A stretch of 64,000 nucleotides of DNA from Mizuhopecten yessoensis (Eukaryota). The DNA is taken from NCBI RefSeq assembly GCF_002113885.1, contig NW_018404117.1, forward strand, positions 211,201 to 275,200, read 5' to 3'. Under the pieces are notes generated by a model. It saw only the letters and a list, made by a program, of their open reading frames with translations, was not told the origin of the DNA and ran no database searches. The position numbers were made by a program, and so were the translations under genes. Shown in pieces: positions 1-13,989 of the stretch (position 1 is the first letter of the stretch; each line of letters opens with the position of its first letter).

Positions 1-480
1 CCACAGTGTACAAATACCACAGTGTACCAACACGATAGCTTACCATTAAAAAGCCTAATATTACCACAGTGTACCAATATCATAGTGTACCAATACCACA
101 GCCTGTCATTAAAAAGCCTAACATTACCACAGTGTACAAATACCACAGTGTACCAATACCACAGCTTGCCGTTAGAAAGCCTAACAAAACCAGTTTACCA
201 ATATCATAGCTTGCCATTAAAAAGCCTAAGAAAACCACAGTGTACCAATATCACAGTGTACCAATACCACAGCCTTAGAGCGACCGTTAAAAAGCCTAAC
301 AGTACCACAGCCTACCGTTAATAAGCCTAACAAAGCCAAAGTGTACCAATATCACAGTCTGCCATTAAAATGCCTGTCATATTGTACAAAACCTGCCAAT
401 AACACGACCTACCATTACTAAGCCTCTCAATACCACAGCCTATCAATGACACAAACTATCTTATAACACAGCACTACCAT
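1..480. repeat. Degenerate tandem repeat (CCACAGTGTACCAATA / CCATTAAAAAGCCTAAC modules, units ~50-65 bp)
   Basis: Recurrent modules are visible. They explain ORF 22-321. Confidence 0.85.
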
Positions 481-1094
481 ACAATTTAATGCCACTGCTT
501 AGTATTTTTTTTAAATATATCATCCTGAAAAAAATCAACAAATTTTCATCCAACAAAACATGTCAATTTAGCATGAAAGTAGTGTATTAGCGACCATTGA
601 TGAAGTAGAAAATACAAACTCTGTTTAAACTAGTTCAATGATTACCCATTGGCTTTGTAATTGGAGCATGCCAACAATACAGGGTATTTATAGAGGAGAG
701 TGGATCAAGGGACGCTTAGCATTAGTGAACAACAGAATAAAGGAGCATTCATTCTGACACATAGGACCATATCTTCCGTTTGTTTTTAACAAGTGAAAGC
801 AAATCAGGAAAATTTAAATTGATGTGCTTTTGGATTCAAATAAAATACCCTTGCAGACAATAATTTGAAACCGAATTTACTGAAACAGGACTTAAATTAC
901 CGTGATGAATGTGAATGATTCAGCAGAGCGCTGTGTATTGCTCACTCTGTATCAAAGCGTGTGAACTCGTACATTTTTTTTTACGTAAAACGACTTCAAT
1001 TTCCAGTCAGCAAATAGTCCTTATACAGAAAAGCTATTCCGTGTGGGTTTAAGTGTGTTGAAAAGAAGAACTAGCATTTAACAGTATCCTTAAC

Positions 1095-2840
1095 TGTGGA
1101 TTACAATAGCATACCCAATACCATTCACCGTGGATTACAATAACATACCCAATACCCTTCACCGTGGATTTAAATATCATCCCCAATACCCTTCATTGTG
1201 GATTACAATAACATACCCAACATCCTTCACCGTGGATTACAATAGCAAACCCAATATCATTCATTGTGGATTACAATAACATACCCAATACCCTTCACCA
1301 TGGATTTAAATAGCATACCCAGTACCCTTCATTGTGGATTACAATAGCAAACCCAATACCCTTCACCTAGGATTACAAAAACATTACCAATACCCTTCAC
1401 CATGGATTTAAATATCATACCCAATACCCTTCACTGTGGATTACAATAGCATACCCAATACCCTTCACCGTGTATTACAATAACATACCCAATACCCTTC
1501 ACCGTGGATTACAATAACATACCCAATACCCTTCACCGTGGATTACAATAGCATACCCAATACCCTTCACTGTGGATTACAATAACATACCCAATACCCT
1601 TCATCTAGGATTACAATAACATTACCAATACCCTTCACCATGGATTTAAATATCATACCCAATACCCTTCACTGTGGATTACAATAGCATACCCAATACC
1701 CTTCACCGTGTATTACAATAACATACCCAATACCCTTCACCGTGGATTACAATAACATACCCAATACCCTTCACCGTGGATTACAATAGCATACCCAATA
1801 CCCTTCACTGTGGATTACAATAACATACCCAATACCCTTCATCTAGGATTACAATAACATTACCAATACCCTTCACCATGGATTTAAATATCATACCCAA
1901 TACCCTTCACTGTGGATTACAATAGCATACCCAATACCCTTCACCGTGTATTACAATAACATACCCAATACCCTTCACCGTGGATTACAATAACATACCC
2001 AATACCCTTCACCGTGGATTACAATAGCATACCCAATACCCTTCACTGTGGATTACAATAACATACCCAATACCCTTCATCTAGGATTACAATAACATTA
2101 CCAATACCCTTCACCATGGATTTAAATATCATACCCAATACCCTTCACTGTGGATTACAATAGCATACCCAATACCCTTCACCGTGTATTACAATAACAT
2201 ACCCAATACCCTTCACCGTGGATTACAATAACATACCCAATACCCTTCACCGTGGATTACAATAGCATACCCAATACCCTTCACTGTGGATTACAATAAC
2301 ATACCCAATACCCTTCACCGAGGATTACAATAACATTACCAATACCCTTCACCATGGATTTAAATATCATACCCAATACCCTTCACTGTGGATTACAATA
2401 GCATACCCAATACCCTTCACCGTGTATTACAATAACATACCCAATACCCTTCACCGTGGATTACAATAACATACCCAATACCCTTCACCGTGGATTACAA
2501 TAGCATACCCAATACCCTTCACTGTGGATTACAATAACATACCCAATACCCTTCACCGAGGATTTAAATATCATACCCAATACCTTTCACTGTGGATTTA
2601 AATATCATACCCAATATCCTTCACCGTGGATTACAATAACATACCCAATACCCTTCACTGTGGATTACAATAACATACCCAATACCCTTCACTGTGGATT
2701 TAAATATCATACCCAATACCCTTCACCGTGGATTACAATAACATACCCAATACTCTTCACCGTGGATTACAATAACATACCCAATACCCTTCACCGTGGA
2801 TTTAAATATCATACCCAATATCCTTCACCATGAATTACAA
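1095..2840. repeat. 34-bp minisatellite (CCTTCACCGTGGATTACAATAACATACCCAATAC), ~51 copies, with a 238-bp (7-mer) higher-order repeat
   Basis: The CTAGG...ACATTACC variant recurs at 1605, 1843 and 2081, a spacing of 238 = 7 x 34. Confidence 0.97.
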
Positions 2841-4341
2841 TCTGTCTTGTCAGATCCAGTAACAATTAATTGAAATCAAGTGAATAATGTCACCTTTGTT
2901 CTGCATAAAACTCAATTTTAATCACAGCATGCATATGCATTTATACAATCACTCAGAAAGCATCAAATTGATATTCACTTGCCTTAAAGCAATTCATAAA
3001 TGTATAGATAGATTGAGAATGATCAAATATGTGTGGCCTTTGTGTACCCATATAATTTAATCAGAATTAGTGTGTCAAGCAAAAAAACTATTTTTTCATT
3101 CTGAACATTTAATTCCAATAAGGTAAAAATTACAAACATACATGAAATTATTACCACAGCATGAAGTAAATTAGCGCTACCAATTAATATCTAAAATTTG
3201 TATGATGCCTGCCAGTCATAAAGCTTTAGTTTCATTAAAATGCAATCCAGTAACATATATCTAGTGTTTTCTTGTAAAACAGTTTTAGTTTTATACTTCA
3301 AATTATACTTATTCAACTTGACTATTAAAAATATATATCACCTCAAAAATATCAGCATTGTAGTTGTTCAAAACTTCTTTAAATCAACATGTTGGTGCAA
3401 TATTAAAGTGGAAATCTGTCATCAAGTTTTTCTTGACCACAGCTGATCCTTTTTAACCCAAAAAACCCCCGATAATTGACCTAGATTTCACCTGTTTTCT
3501 GATGACAAGAACCATAACGCAGACGTAAACCATATTGCACAGGCTTATTTACGATACTTGTGGGCCCAGTTTTATTACAGTACATCCTTCCACCATTGTT
3601 TAAAGTTACGAATAACTAGAACAACAGAATTATAATTTTATTTATCTGTATCTCTTTTATTGATTCGGCTAACGCCTGTACCTATACTTTTGTGTGACCA
3701 GCATGACACTGCCAACAGCTGCCCAGGTACAATGGACCTGTTCAATGTTTCTTTTGTGTGGTTTTTGTATTAGCAGGATTATCGCGGTCATGCAGTTCAC
3801 TTTTATTGATTCGGATTGGGTAGAAATCATTATTTTTTATAAAACATAACCATGTCTACATATCACGCTGATTAAGTTTACCGAGGTCTGCGTAACTTTG
3901 GATGCTTTCGAGGGATCCAGGAATAAGCTAATCAGATATTTACCAGTACCTGACTGAGTACAAGTAAAATTTTAGTACATTGTAACGATTTATCCAACAA
4001 AATTTCAGCATTATAAAAGGTTTTGACATACATGAAAGACATTATTTAGAACTTCAGTAAACGACAAGTGTATTTGCAAATGATCAAGAACTGTTTCAGA
4101 ACAGATAACGGACCACAATAAACGATTTAAAAAGTCCACCATCTAATGGCAGTGGGAATGAGCTCGAGATGTATTAACAAATTAAAACTAGAAATATGTC
4201 TGGAAGACATGACTGTGCTCGCAAATACTGAAGATTCCGCCTGCTAGAATCGGAACTTTGTTTTAGATTTTAGGCCTTGTGACTATAAATTCATGTATCT
4301 GAATGTAGCCACAGTGTCATAAGTTTCATTTGTATGGTAAC

Positions 4342-4717
4342 AGGTTGTTTCGCCCTATATCCCGTTCGCCCTACAAATTTATATTTTTTATTTATACGCT
4401 AATATAATGATTAACATTTAAATATATCAACTAAAGTTATTGATGACTTTCTACATTGGTGTTAGGTATATTTCATGTCTAGTATGAGAGAGCGGAGTCA
4501 ACTTTTTCACAGCTGCCGTTTGTCACACTTGCTTTAAAAAAAGACAAACACATTTTTTATGAAATCGATTTTAATGATATGCAAGACTTCGTAAGAAGAC
4601 TTACTTTGTAACTTAAAACTACTAAAATTGAAAGAAAATACAAAACAATGTTTCTCCTTAATATTTTTGTTTTAGGGCGAAACAACCTAGTGCGAAACAA
4701 CCTCGGGCGAACGGGAT
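4342..4717. mobile_element. MITE-like element with subterminal inverted motifs
   Basis: AGGTTGTTTCGCCCTA and ATCCCGTTCGCCC at the left end. Their reverse complements TAGGGCGAAACAACCT and GGGCGAACGGGAT are at the right end, in shuffled order. Confidence 0.6.
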
Positions 4718-5038
4718 TGCTTCAAGTCATTTAAATGCTTAAAAATCGTGGCAAATACAGGCGCCGGTGTGATCTACCGCTTCAGCTCATCATGACCTAG
4801 CGTGTTCGACCGGACTGTTTGAGTTAAAATTTGATTTATTGCCTATCCACAATAAGTAGAACTTTGGTAAGGAGTATTTATACATTGTATATTTTTCTAT
4901 TGATGATGACGTGAATGCATAAAGGTAAATTTTGCTAGAAACGTTTGCAAGCATCATGCACTGACCTTCATATCCGTACTGTATGCGCAGTGGCTTTTTG
5001 CGCATTTAAATTGAAACAGAACACAGATACACAGAGTA

Positions 5039-5180
5039 AGACAAATTTAATAGTGCGATCGCTCTGCTTGCACTAAAAACACTGTTGATGAAAATTCTTA
5101 TCTCCACAGACAAATTTAATAGTGCAATCGCTCTGCTTGCACTAAAAATACACACTGTTGATGAAAATTCTTATCTCCAC
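5039..5180. repeat. Two-copy ~69-bp tandem duplication
   Basis: AGACAAATTTAATAGTGC...CTTATCTCCACA starts at 5039 and again at 5108. Confidence 0.9.
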
Positions 5181-5930
5181 AACTACAAAAGTATTGTAAT
5201 TCTTAAAGTGTCTTAAAAAGATTCATTGGTTTAAATGGTCACAACTGAATTTCACAAAACATATTCCGTTTCACATTTACGAAATTTAAATTTATTGGTA
5301 GAAAGCTATTATGATATAAATCAGCTTTCAGTTCACACTTTATATACAATATTTTGATAATTTAATTCACAAATGGGCAGGTTTTCAATTGGTTTAAAGT
5401 CTTTGCAACATTTCAGGTCATATTATGACAAATTATAACCATAGATAATGGGGCCAGCTGAGGGCCATTCTAAAATGTGCATTAGGGCCGTAACTTAAAC
5501 ATGGTGGCATGACATTCCACCAAGGAACCTGATCTGTAAGGGACATGCAGAGGGTTTGTAACAGCAGGCCAATTCTAATTTCTCAAAACCTGCAGGGGAG
5601 GTCTTAACTTGAAGAAGTGATGATAATTCTTTTTTTTTTTTTTTTAGATTTGAATAGGTAGGCAATATGGACCCTTTACAAAGGATAGACCTGGATATAA
5701 TGGTTCTGTAAATAATAACTTAAATCATACAACTTCAGAAATTAACAAAACACAGTAAGAGGAACAGGAAGACACATTCCCAAAAATAGTTTATAGGATC
5801 ATTCAAATTTGTTTTCTTGTGCAAATCAAAAGAAATTCCAAATTGATTTTGTTGCATAGTTTAAAATTAGCTTTTTCATTTTTTTTTAACCATTTTTTTT
5901 AATCGAAGGAAATAAAATTCATGTTGGTTA

Positions 5931-6471
5931 GGCCAAATAAAATTAATTACTTGGTTCTCAGGCCAATTTTTTTCAAAATAGATGCGGCAGGGCGGTAATT
6001 TTTTTCTCTCCATTTTACATCGTAAAAACGAGACGAGGGCGATTTTTTTTTTATTGTGTAGTTTGTAAAACGTTCATTGTGGACATTACCTTGTTTTTTT
6101 AAAGTTGTGTAGAGACCCGTCATAGAGCAAGCCTCCGAAAATCCCCCCACGATGTTCCAGACGCGAACCACCAACCCCCCCATTCCTTATTTGTACCGAA
6201 ATGAGTGCCATTTGTACACAAGACTAATAAGTCATAATCATTTTAACGCTTGCGGGTATCTCAATCCTTACCTTCAGTCAAACGTTTTCGGGAATTGGGT
6301 GACTAACGAGTAAAAACGACATGCGGACCAATTTTCCGGATTTTTTTAAAAATGCCGGCTGGCGCATTCACGATTTTTTTTTTTATCACTTTCACGATAA
6401 AATCGGCAATGCGCACGGTGCCATGAAATGCGCGCGGTCCTGAGAACCAAGTAATCATTTTTTTTTTGGCC
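5931..6471. mobile_element. 541-bp MITE, PIF/Harbinger (Tourist)-like
   Basis: TIRs of ~32 bp: GGCCAAATAAAATTAATTACTTGGTTCTCAGG and CCTGAGAACCAAGTAATCATTTTTTTTTTGGCC. TTA flanks both sides (5928-5930, 6472-6474), consistent with a 3-bp TWA target duplication. Confidence 0.85.
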
Positions 6472-6909
6472 TTAATATAGCTTCCTCTGTTTAAGCCAGA
6501 CTAGCACAAATTCAGTATGGCCGTGTCTTATGTTTTGTGAGCCAATATCACTCAATCAGGTACGGAAACAGATCCTCAGGAACGATAAGAAACTAATCAA
6601 ATTGTGAAAACAATGAAACCATCGATCATGCGGGGATAAATACCTATGAGATAAGTCGTTTGATCTCATTACGTCAGTACTAACATCACTCTTACAGTTA
6701 ATCTGTACATGTCAGCACTTTAATCCCGACGTCACAGGTATAGAGTAGACGATCTAAGTAATTAGCGTATATTACAACCTTTGAGGCAATAAAACACTCC
6801 TGGGACATGATTAAAATACTTCTACATACAACTGTTTATGTTTATTGAACTTAACTGATTGGTTTGCACCAAAGTTTTAGAATGACACCATTACAGTGTT
6901 ACATGTGGG

Positions 6910-8020
6910 TAGAGTGAGGTTTGAATGAGGTTTGAGTGAGGTATGAGGGGGAGGACAAAACACGTGGGCCGGGGGTACAGTAAATTGAGTGAGATTTAAC
7001 GGAAGAGGGGTTGTGGGGTTTGGGGGTATAGTGCTTTGAGTGAGGTATGAGGAGAGGACAAAACACGTGGGGCTGGGGAACAGTAAATTGAGTGAGGTCT
7101 AACAGAAGAGGTGTTGTGGGGTTTGGGGGTTTGGGGGTATAGTGGTTTGAGTGAGGTATGGGGGGGAAGGGGTGATACAGGGGCTAGGAAACAGTAAATT
7201 GAGTGAGATCTAATGGAAGAGGTGTTGTGGGGTTTGGGGGTATAGTGCTTTGAGTGAGGTATGAGGAGAGGACAAAACACGTGGGGCGGGGGTACAGTAA
7301 ATTGAGCGAGATCTAACGGAAAGGTGTTGTGGGGTTTGGGGGTTTGGGGGTATAGTGGTTTAAATGAGGTATGAGGGGGAGGACAAAACACGTGGGGCGG
7401 GGGTACAGTAAATTGAGTGAAATCTAACGAAAAGGAGTTGTTGGGTTAGGGGGTTTGGGGTTATAGTGGTTTGAGTGAGGTATGATGGGGAGGACAAAAC
7501 ACGTGGGGCTGGGGAACAGGAAATTGAGTGAGATCTAACAGAAGAGGTGTTGTGGGGTTTGGGGGTTTGGGGGTATACTGGTTTGAGTGAGGTATGTATA
7601 AGGGGGTGGGGGATGACACAGGGGTAGTGAATTGAGAGAGATCTGACGGAAGGGGTGTTGTAGGGTTTGGGGGTAAAGTGGTTTGAGTGAGGTATGAGGG
7701 GANTACAGTAAATTGAGTGAGATCTAACGGAAGAGGTGTTGTGGGGTTTGGGGGTATAGTGGTTTGAGTGAGGTATGGGGGGTGGGGGTGATACAGGGGC
7801 TAGGATACAGTAAATTGAGTGAGATATAACAGAAAAGGTGTTGTGGGGTTTGGGGGTATAGTGGTTTGAGTGAGGTATTGGGGGGGGGNGTATAGTGGTT
7901 TGAGTGAGGTACGTATAAGGGGGTGGGGGATGACACAGGGGTAGTGAATTGAGAGAGATCTGACGGAAGGGGTGTTGTAGGGTTTGGGGGTAAAGTGGTT
8001 TGAGTGAGGTATGAGGGGAA
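6910..8020. repeat. G-rich compound tandem repeat (~115-125 bp units)
   Basis: Recurring GTTTGAGTGAGGTATG, CAGTAAATTGAGTGAGATCTAAC and GGGGTTTGGGGG modules. Contains one N. Source of the Pro/His-rich ORFs. Confidence 0.93.
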
Positions 8021-9129
8021 GAGTTATATAATGGTTCTGGATTGAGTAAAGCTGGCGTGTGGGTGTAAAATCCATTAAGGACATTGAATTGTGGACATCT
8101 AAAACTTAAATACAATTGATTCAACATTAATTCTCAGACAATTGAGTTTTCATACCGAAAGGATGTTGAAATAGTTTTACTTTTCAGACACATTCCACCT
8201 GAAATATAACGCTTATGAAAATATGATTGTAATGTTAAAATCTTTAGTTTTATTTTTGTTTTACTGCACTGTCAAATATACAAAAAAAATATAAAACAAT
8301 AAAATTTTCCAGTTCTAAACTACGGAAATTACCCTGTAATAGCGGGCAACTCCATAAGTCTTTGGAAGTGTTATTGATTTACAACAGAGTTTTGTCATAA
8401 TCCCAAGTATAAATACATTTCAGAATGTAAGCCAATGGTTAACCTGTATTTGTATATGTCAAAGAATTATTTTCCTGCTGTGTACATTCAAAACACTATG
8501 CCAGTCCTGTGTATTTACCTGAAAATGTATTATTGAATGGTTTTTAATAACAGGTACTGAAACATTCTAGAACTGTTTGTTCTCTCTGGTGTTTTTTTTT
8601 ATAAATGAAACCTGTTGTGTTTACAGAACCTCATTATGAAAAATTGCTGAGCCAGAGTTAAATAAATCCATCGATCGGTTGACTTTTGTGGCCCTCAATG
8701 TTGACTAGAGGAGCTAACACAAACATGGAATCGTATTTTTATGCGACACCTTTGTGGGGATCTATGACCTTTTTTACCCATGCCATTGTGTTGTTATGGT
8801 AACTATAGCTGACACGCAACTCTTTAGTTATAAATCTCATTTAGAGAACTGTAAATGGTCCTTCTACAGATTTAACACTGTATATTCAAACAAAAATAAT
8901 TTTTCTAAAAGTTATATTATGTAAGTCCCCAGACACCTTGGTTATAAAGCTGGGAGCTAAATCTGCAATATTATATAATGAGACTTTCTGTTCTTTTACT
9001 CCTGAACAAGGCCCAAGCCTGAGCCATCCGCGTTCTTACACACTCCCATATTGTATATGTATTCCTCACAACACACAAATGGTTGATCAGAAAATGTTAA
9101 AAACATTCTGCTGATACACATTTTCTTAC

Positions 9130-9261
9130 CCGTTTTATTCGGAAGTTACGGATGGTAAGTTGAGCAATCTCCATGGTGGAGTCGAGCCAAATGTGGATGT
9201 CGCCATGGCGAACATACTTCTGCATACTAAACACATCTCCCCAGTATTTGTCGCATTGTTG
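9130..9261 (-). CDS. PTP-domain gene exon 6 (QQCDKYWGDVFSMQKYVRHGDIHIWLDSTMEIAQLTIRNFRIKR), 132 nt, motif 7
   Basis: Acceptor TGTATTTACAG, donor CGG|GTAAGA. Contains CxxYW and the later G-D-I and T-I-R-x-F elements typical of PTP domains. Phase 0 at both ends. Confidence 0.93.
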
Positions 9262-9515
9262 CTGTAAATACAGAAAACAGATGTCATTAATCTTTTCATA
9301 TCTCATCTTGTGACTAGATCACTTCAATCCATTCATCCCGAATCTCATGTTATCCAAACTTCTTATCACAAATTTTACATTTTCTCATGCAATCTCATAA
9401 ACATTCAAATGTCAATCTCATGAATGTGCATTCCCATGTTGTAAGTGTATCTTATAAAATTAAAAATTCTTCATCTCATCAACAACAAATGATTTGTGAA
9501 CACAACACTGCAAAC

Positions 9516-10058
9516 GAGACTATATATCGAGTGAGACTATATATCGCGAGTGAGACAATATATTGAGTGAGACTATATATTGAGTGAGACTGTATATCGC
9601 GAGTGAGACTATATATCGAGTGAGACTATATATCGCGAGTGAGACAATGTATTTTGTGAGACTTTTAATATATCGCGAGTGAGACAATATATTGAGTGAG
9701 ACTATATATCGCGAGCGAGACTATATATCGAGCGAGACTATATATTGAGTGAGACTATATTTTGAGTGAGACTATATATCGCGAACGAGACTATATATTG
9801 AGTGAGACTATATATCGCGAGTGAGACCATATATCGCGAGTGAGACAATATATTGAGTGAGACTATATATCGCGAGCGAGACTATATATCGAGCGAGACT
9901 ATATATTGAGTGAGACTATATTTTGAGTGAGACCATATATCGCGAGTGAGACTATATATATTGAGTGAGACTATATATATCAAGTGAGACCATATATCGC
10001 GAGTGAGACCATATATCGCGAGTGAGACTGTATATCGCGAGTGAGACTATATATCGCT
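9516..10058. repeat. 17-19 bp minisatellite (GAGTGAGACTATATATCGC)
   Basis: Direct repeats with TCGCGA, TCGA and TTGA variants. Confidence 0.95.
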
Positions 10059-13000
10059 GTTATTACTGGTGTAAAGTGCTCTCTGTATGTTTTAACTAGT
10101 GATGTATTACAACAGGTAGTAAGTATAATACTACATCACTGTTCAGCATTAATTTTGTTTTCAGGCATCATATACATTGTATACTGGATTTGACATAATA
10201 AGGGTGATGACATGGGTAAAGGATGAGTGGCGTGCCTTTTTAATCAGACATGCTCTCCCAAAACAACATATACCTTGTCATTTGAATATTTGCTCACCAC
10301 AGCCGACACATGAAGTATTCTCTTCATCCTATTCCCATTATGATTTTCCCAGTAATAAAGCAATTAATCATTGAATGATTCTAAAGGTCACTGTATCTGC
10401 AGATAATATAATATGGCAGCTTTGTTTTTATTCAATACACTCATATTTATACAGTGCCATTTTGTGAGAGGTGGCATAATTCATAAAACCAACCTGATGA
10501 CTTCAGAGAACTTCCAAAATTCTGAAAATGGTAATTAGAGAAGGTGCCCTTATTATGTCAAATAAGGTATCTGGAGTAACTAGATCAATATCTGTTCATT
10601 AACACACGTGCTTCAGCTAAAAAATAACACTTTACGTAATTTAAACTTTAAAGAAGCCTAAGAAAACACATGTTGAACAGTAAGATTTGACTAGTGTTTA
10701 AGTGAATATATATAACGGTGACAAATAAAACATCTGTCTGCCTAAAGAAGCCAAAGGAAGGCCGTTGAGGCCTAGCGGTTAGTCTTGGATAGTTATTATC
10801 TTATTATATATAATATATATCATCAGCCCATGCCTTGTAATAAGCCCACCCTTTAGCCGACACCTTAACGGAGGTGAAAGCAAATAATATTTCAGTGTAT
10901 TTCAATACATTTTATTTACAGATTCGATGAGGAAAACTGAAGTAAACAAATAGATAAATAAATATGACTATCAAATTTGACTGCTTTCTGATTAGCTTAC
11001 TTAGTCAACAGAATGTTTGGCTTGTCCATTATAAATCTAGTCATGACAAATGGGAAGTCCATTTTTTGTCACTATAGCAACATTCAAGCAGAGTTAGCCT
11101 TTTACGTCGATCCATTTTCATGTCTGGACTTGTCAATTTTAAATTACTAACTAGAAACCTATTGTGAAAAAATATCAAATAACAAATTTCTTGACTTTTA
11201 TCTGGTGAATTCCAGTATGGAACAATATTCTATAATTGTTTTATATTTTTATAATCAATATTTGTTTATTACCAAGATACATTAAATTTGGTAATGATCA
11301 AACCTCAAAATATGATAATAAAAAATCATGGTGTCCACAGTAAAAGTCAACCATAAATCTGTATTTATAACCAATATCAACAATAAACACTTCAAAATAT
11401 CAATCTTAGTATAAAGTGATGCTATCTGACACCTGTATAAACAGAATTGAATATTTATAGAAGACATGTATACATTTATGTATGATTGGTGTTTAATCCT
11501 TAACTTAATTAAGTTTCAAAGTTTAAAGAAAACTTATGATGGACTATCTGTGTTAATAAGACTGTAGTGCTGCAGTAAAAAGGGGCAATAACTCTGTCAA
11601 TATCACAGTAAAGATAGAAAACCCTTCCACAACTTAAACACATGATAGTTACAGGTTAATACATTAAATCTTAGGGAATTTAGGCTGAATATATAAGACT
11701 TAAAATATTCTGACAAAATTGTGTTTAGGGATTGATAGATTGACAAACAGTTTTATTGAGAAGAAATATAATAAACAGAACCTGTGCTTAAATATTTGAT
11801 ATAAATGTCTAGTGTCTTAAAACAAAAGTTATTTTTGTATTCAAAAATTACACAAAGGATTCTTTTGAAAACTCTGTTGACGTAGATGTTTTATGATGTA
11901 ATTTATCCTAAAAAGAAAGCGGAACAAAACTGTGTGGTTACAAAAAATGGATGGAAGGGTAATTGTATTTTATGCTGCCACTCAGAATGATGTATGTCTG
12001 TGTGGGAGGCAATTTAGAAATTGCACACCATTATTCATTTCAAACTCCCCCAACTCAATTTTGACACCAGATAATCACAATTACAAGTCACATTTATAGA
12101 TCAAACTAATTCATTTTTACAGAAGTGCAGATAAAATACATTTCAATTTTCCAACTGCTGAACATTTCAATTAACAAATTCGACAAATTTTATAAATATA
12201 TTATTTAATCATTATTTCCATATTCTGAACAAAAATATCAATGAAATTATTCATAAATATTATTAAGATAGAAAGAATTCCTATTTTTAGGTTGTGCTAC
12301 TACAAAACCTGTTTGATACATTAATAAGTATTAGTATATCGGTTCAGATAGCATTGGCTGTTACTTTTTCAAGTTCAATATTTGATCTAATTGAATTTTA
12401 TTATCAATAACGTTTGGCGTTCTTCGACATTAAAGACATGACTTCAAAACAACGAAAACTTAAACAACAACAAAAGCGACAACAATGATCACAACACCTG
12501 TTCCAACTATAACATGTGTGAAATGAGTGAGGGATATAATCACAGAACTTACAACAGCAAATCAGGATACAATTCAAACCTATCAAATTATTATATGATA
12601 AATAATATGAACAAAAAAAGCATCATTACCAATGAACTTAAAACAGACATTCTTGGTAACATTCTGATCTCTCAAAATACAAATGTTATTACCGGTAGTT
12701 CCAGTGGCTTAACTTAAAATCCCTCCACTTTAAGTCTAATGAAATTATCAAATATCTCCAAATGTAAAATATATGCAAATGTTTCTATCAATTTTTTAAG
12801 TAATGTATCTCCCTTTAAATATGCTTTCTTATGTCTTTGAAATGTTAAATTCCCAAATTATTGCAAAAAAAGGGATAAAATATATTTTATATATATAATT
12901 TATTCACTCAATATCTAAATAATTGGCTTATTAAATTGACAATATCCCTGCTTTTGTCTTTAATTTATGATTTCTGAGGCGCATACTAGCTCCTGCAGAA

Positions 13001-13860
13001 ACATCTTAAACTTGACCTTATACTGACTGGACCTGTTGTTAAAGATCTTTAGACAACAGAGAAGGCAATATTAAAGTGGCACAGTAGATATAGCTCAAAT
13101 GCTTTTCAGATATTTAGGCTGATTTTTTTCTCTTTTTTTTTTAAAATTTCCTTGTATTTTGTATTTATATAAAACAGTTCAAGTATGAAATTTCTGGATA
13201 AAGCTAAGTTTTTACGTCTCTCTTGACCTGGCCTATTTCTCAGGAAACAGACTTAGTGTCAGGGACCTAGAAACTTGCTATATCCCTCAGGTCCATACAT
13301 GTACTGTGTAACTAACGTACAGTTTTTTTTGTAGAAAGATCCTGTATGCACCGAATGATGTATATAGAGCACACAATTGTTGATAGGAAATGTGAATAAT
13401 ATTTTGTAATACTTTGATATAGAATATCAACGGTATATTGTAAACAAAAATACCGGACATATTTTTGTCCTAGATTTTACACTTGACTATAAATCAATAA
13501 GACAGTGTACTGAAAGTCGCTGAGAAATGGCGTTTACTGCTATACTAGTACCCATGTGTCTATCATTTTCAATTTAATGCTTCATTGAGATTCGTTAATA
13601 AAGTTTATGGAATGGTTTCTGTGATCATCCAATTACCATTAAAATATTGATTATTTTCTCATATAGGTGTTGTGTGATAGTAAATTAATTAAGGTTCCAT
13701 CTTGGATATGGAATTCTGTCAAAGTGCTATTTTACATTTTTTCTTCAAACTATTTCTTAAATGAAAGATACACGTGTCTGGATCATGTGTGATACCCAAT
13801 TATGAAATTACATTACAATAAAATCCCAGGAAACTTAGGCGAGAAAAAGAGTTGATTGTT

Positions 13861-13989
13861 ATGTACGTATATGGGATATGGAAATCCTACCCTTGGTGTG
13901 GAATTTGAGGTCAGAACCTTGGAAACAAAGCGTTAGTTCTGACCCAAAATATACATTTTCAGAATGTTCATATCGCTCATACCTACATA
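13861..13989. mobile_element. Degenerate palindromic non-autonomous element
   Basis: Inner GGTCAGAAC / GTTCTGACC and outer ATGTACGTAT...GATATGGAAAT / ATGTTCATATC...ATACCTACAT are imperfect inverted arms. Confidence 0.45.

Noticed and set aside
3690-3800. Minus-strand reading QVHCTWAAVGS, superficially like the PTP signature VHCSAGVGR
   Set aside because: No Arg at CX5R spacing, no WPD upstream, nearby stops and no suitable splice sites.
7000-7600. Resemblance of GGGGTTT runs to telomeric repeats
   Set aside because: Only 2-3 copies per larger unit, and not the TTAGGG repeat expected in molluscs.
6996-8127. Pro/His-rich ORFs up to 255 aa
   Set aside because: Translations of the G-rich tandem repeat, open in several frames at once.
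10273-10400. Candidate extra minus-strand exon with AG/GT boundaries (a similar one at 14054-14194)
   Set aside because: In-frame stops and no PTP motifs. Exons 5 and 6 already join in frame.
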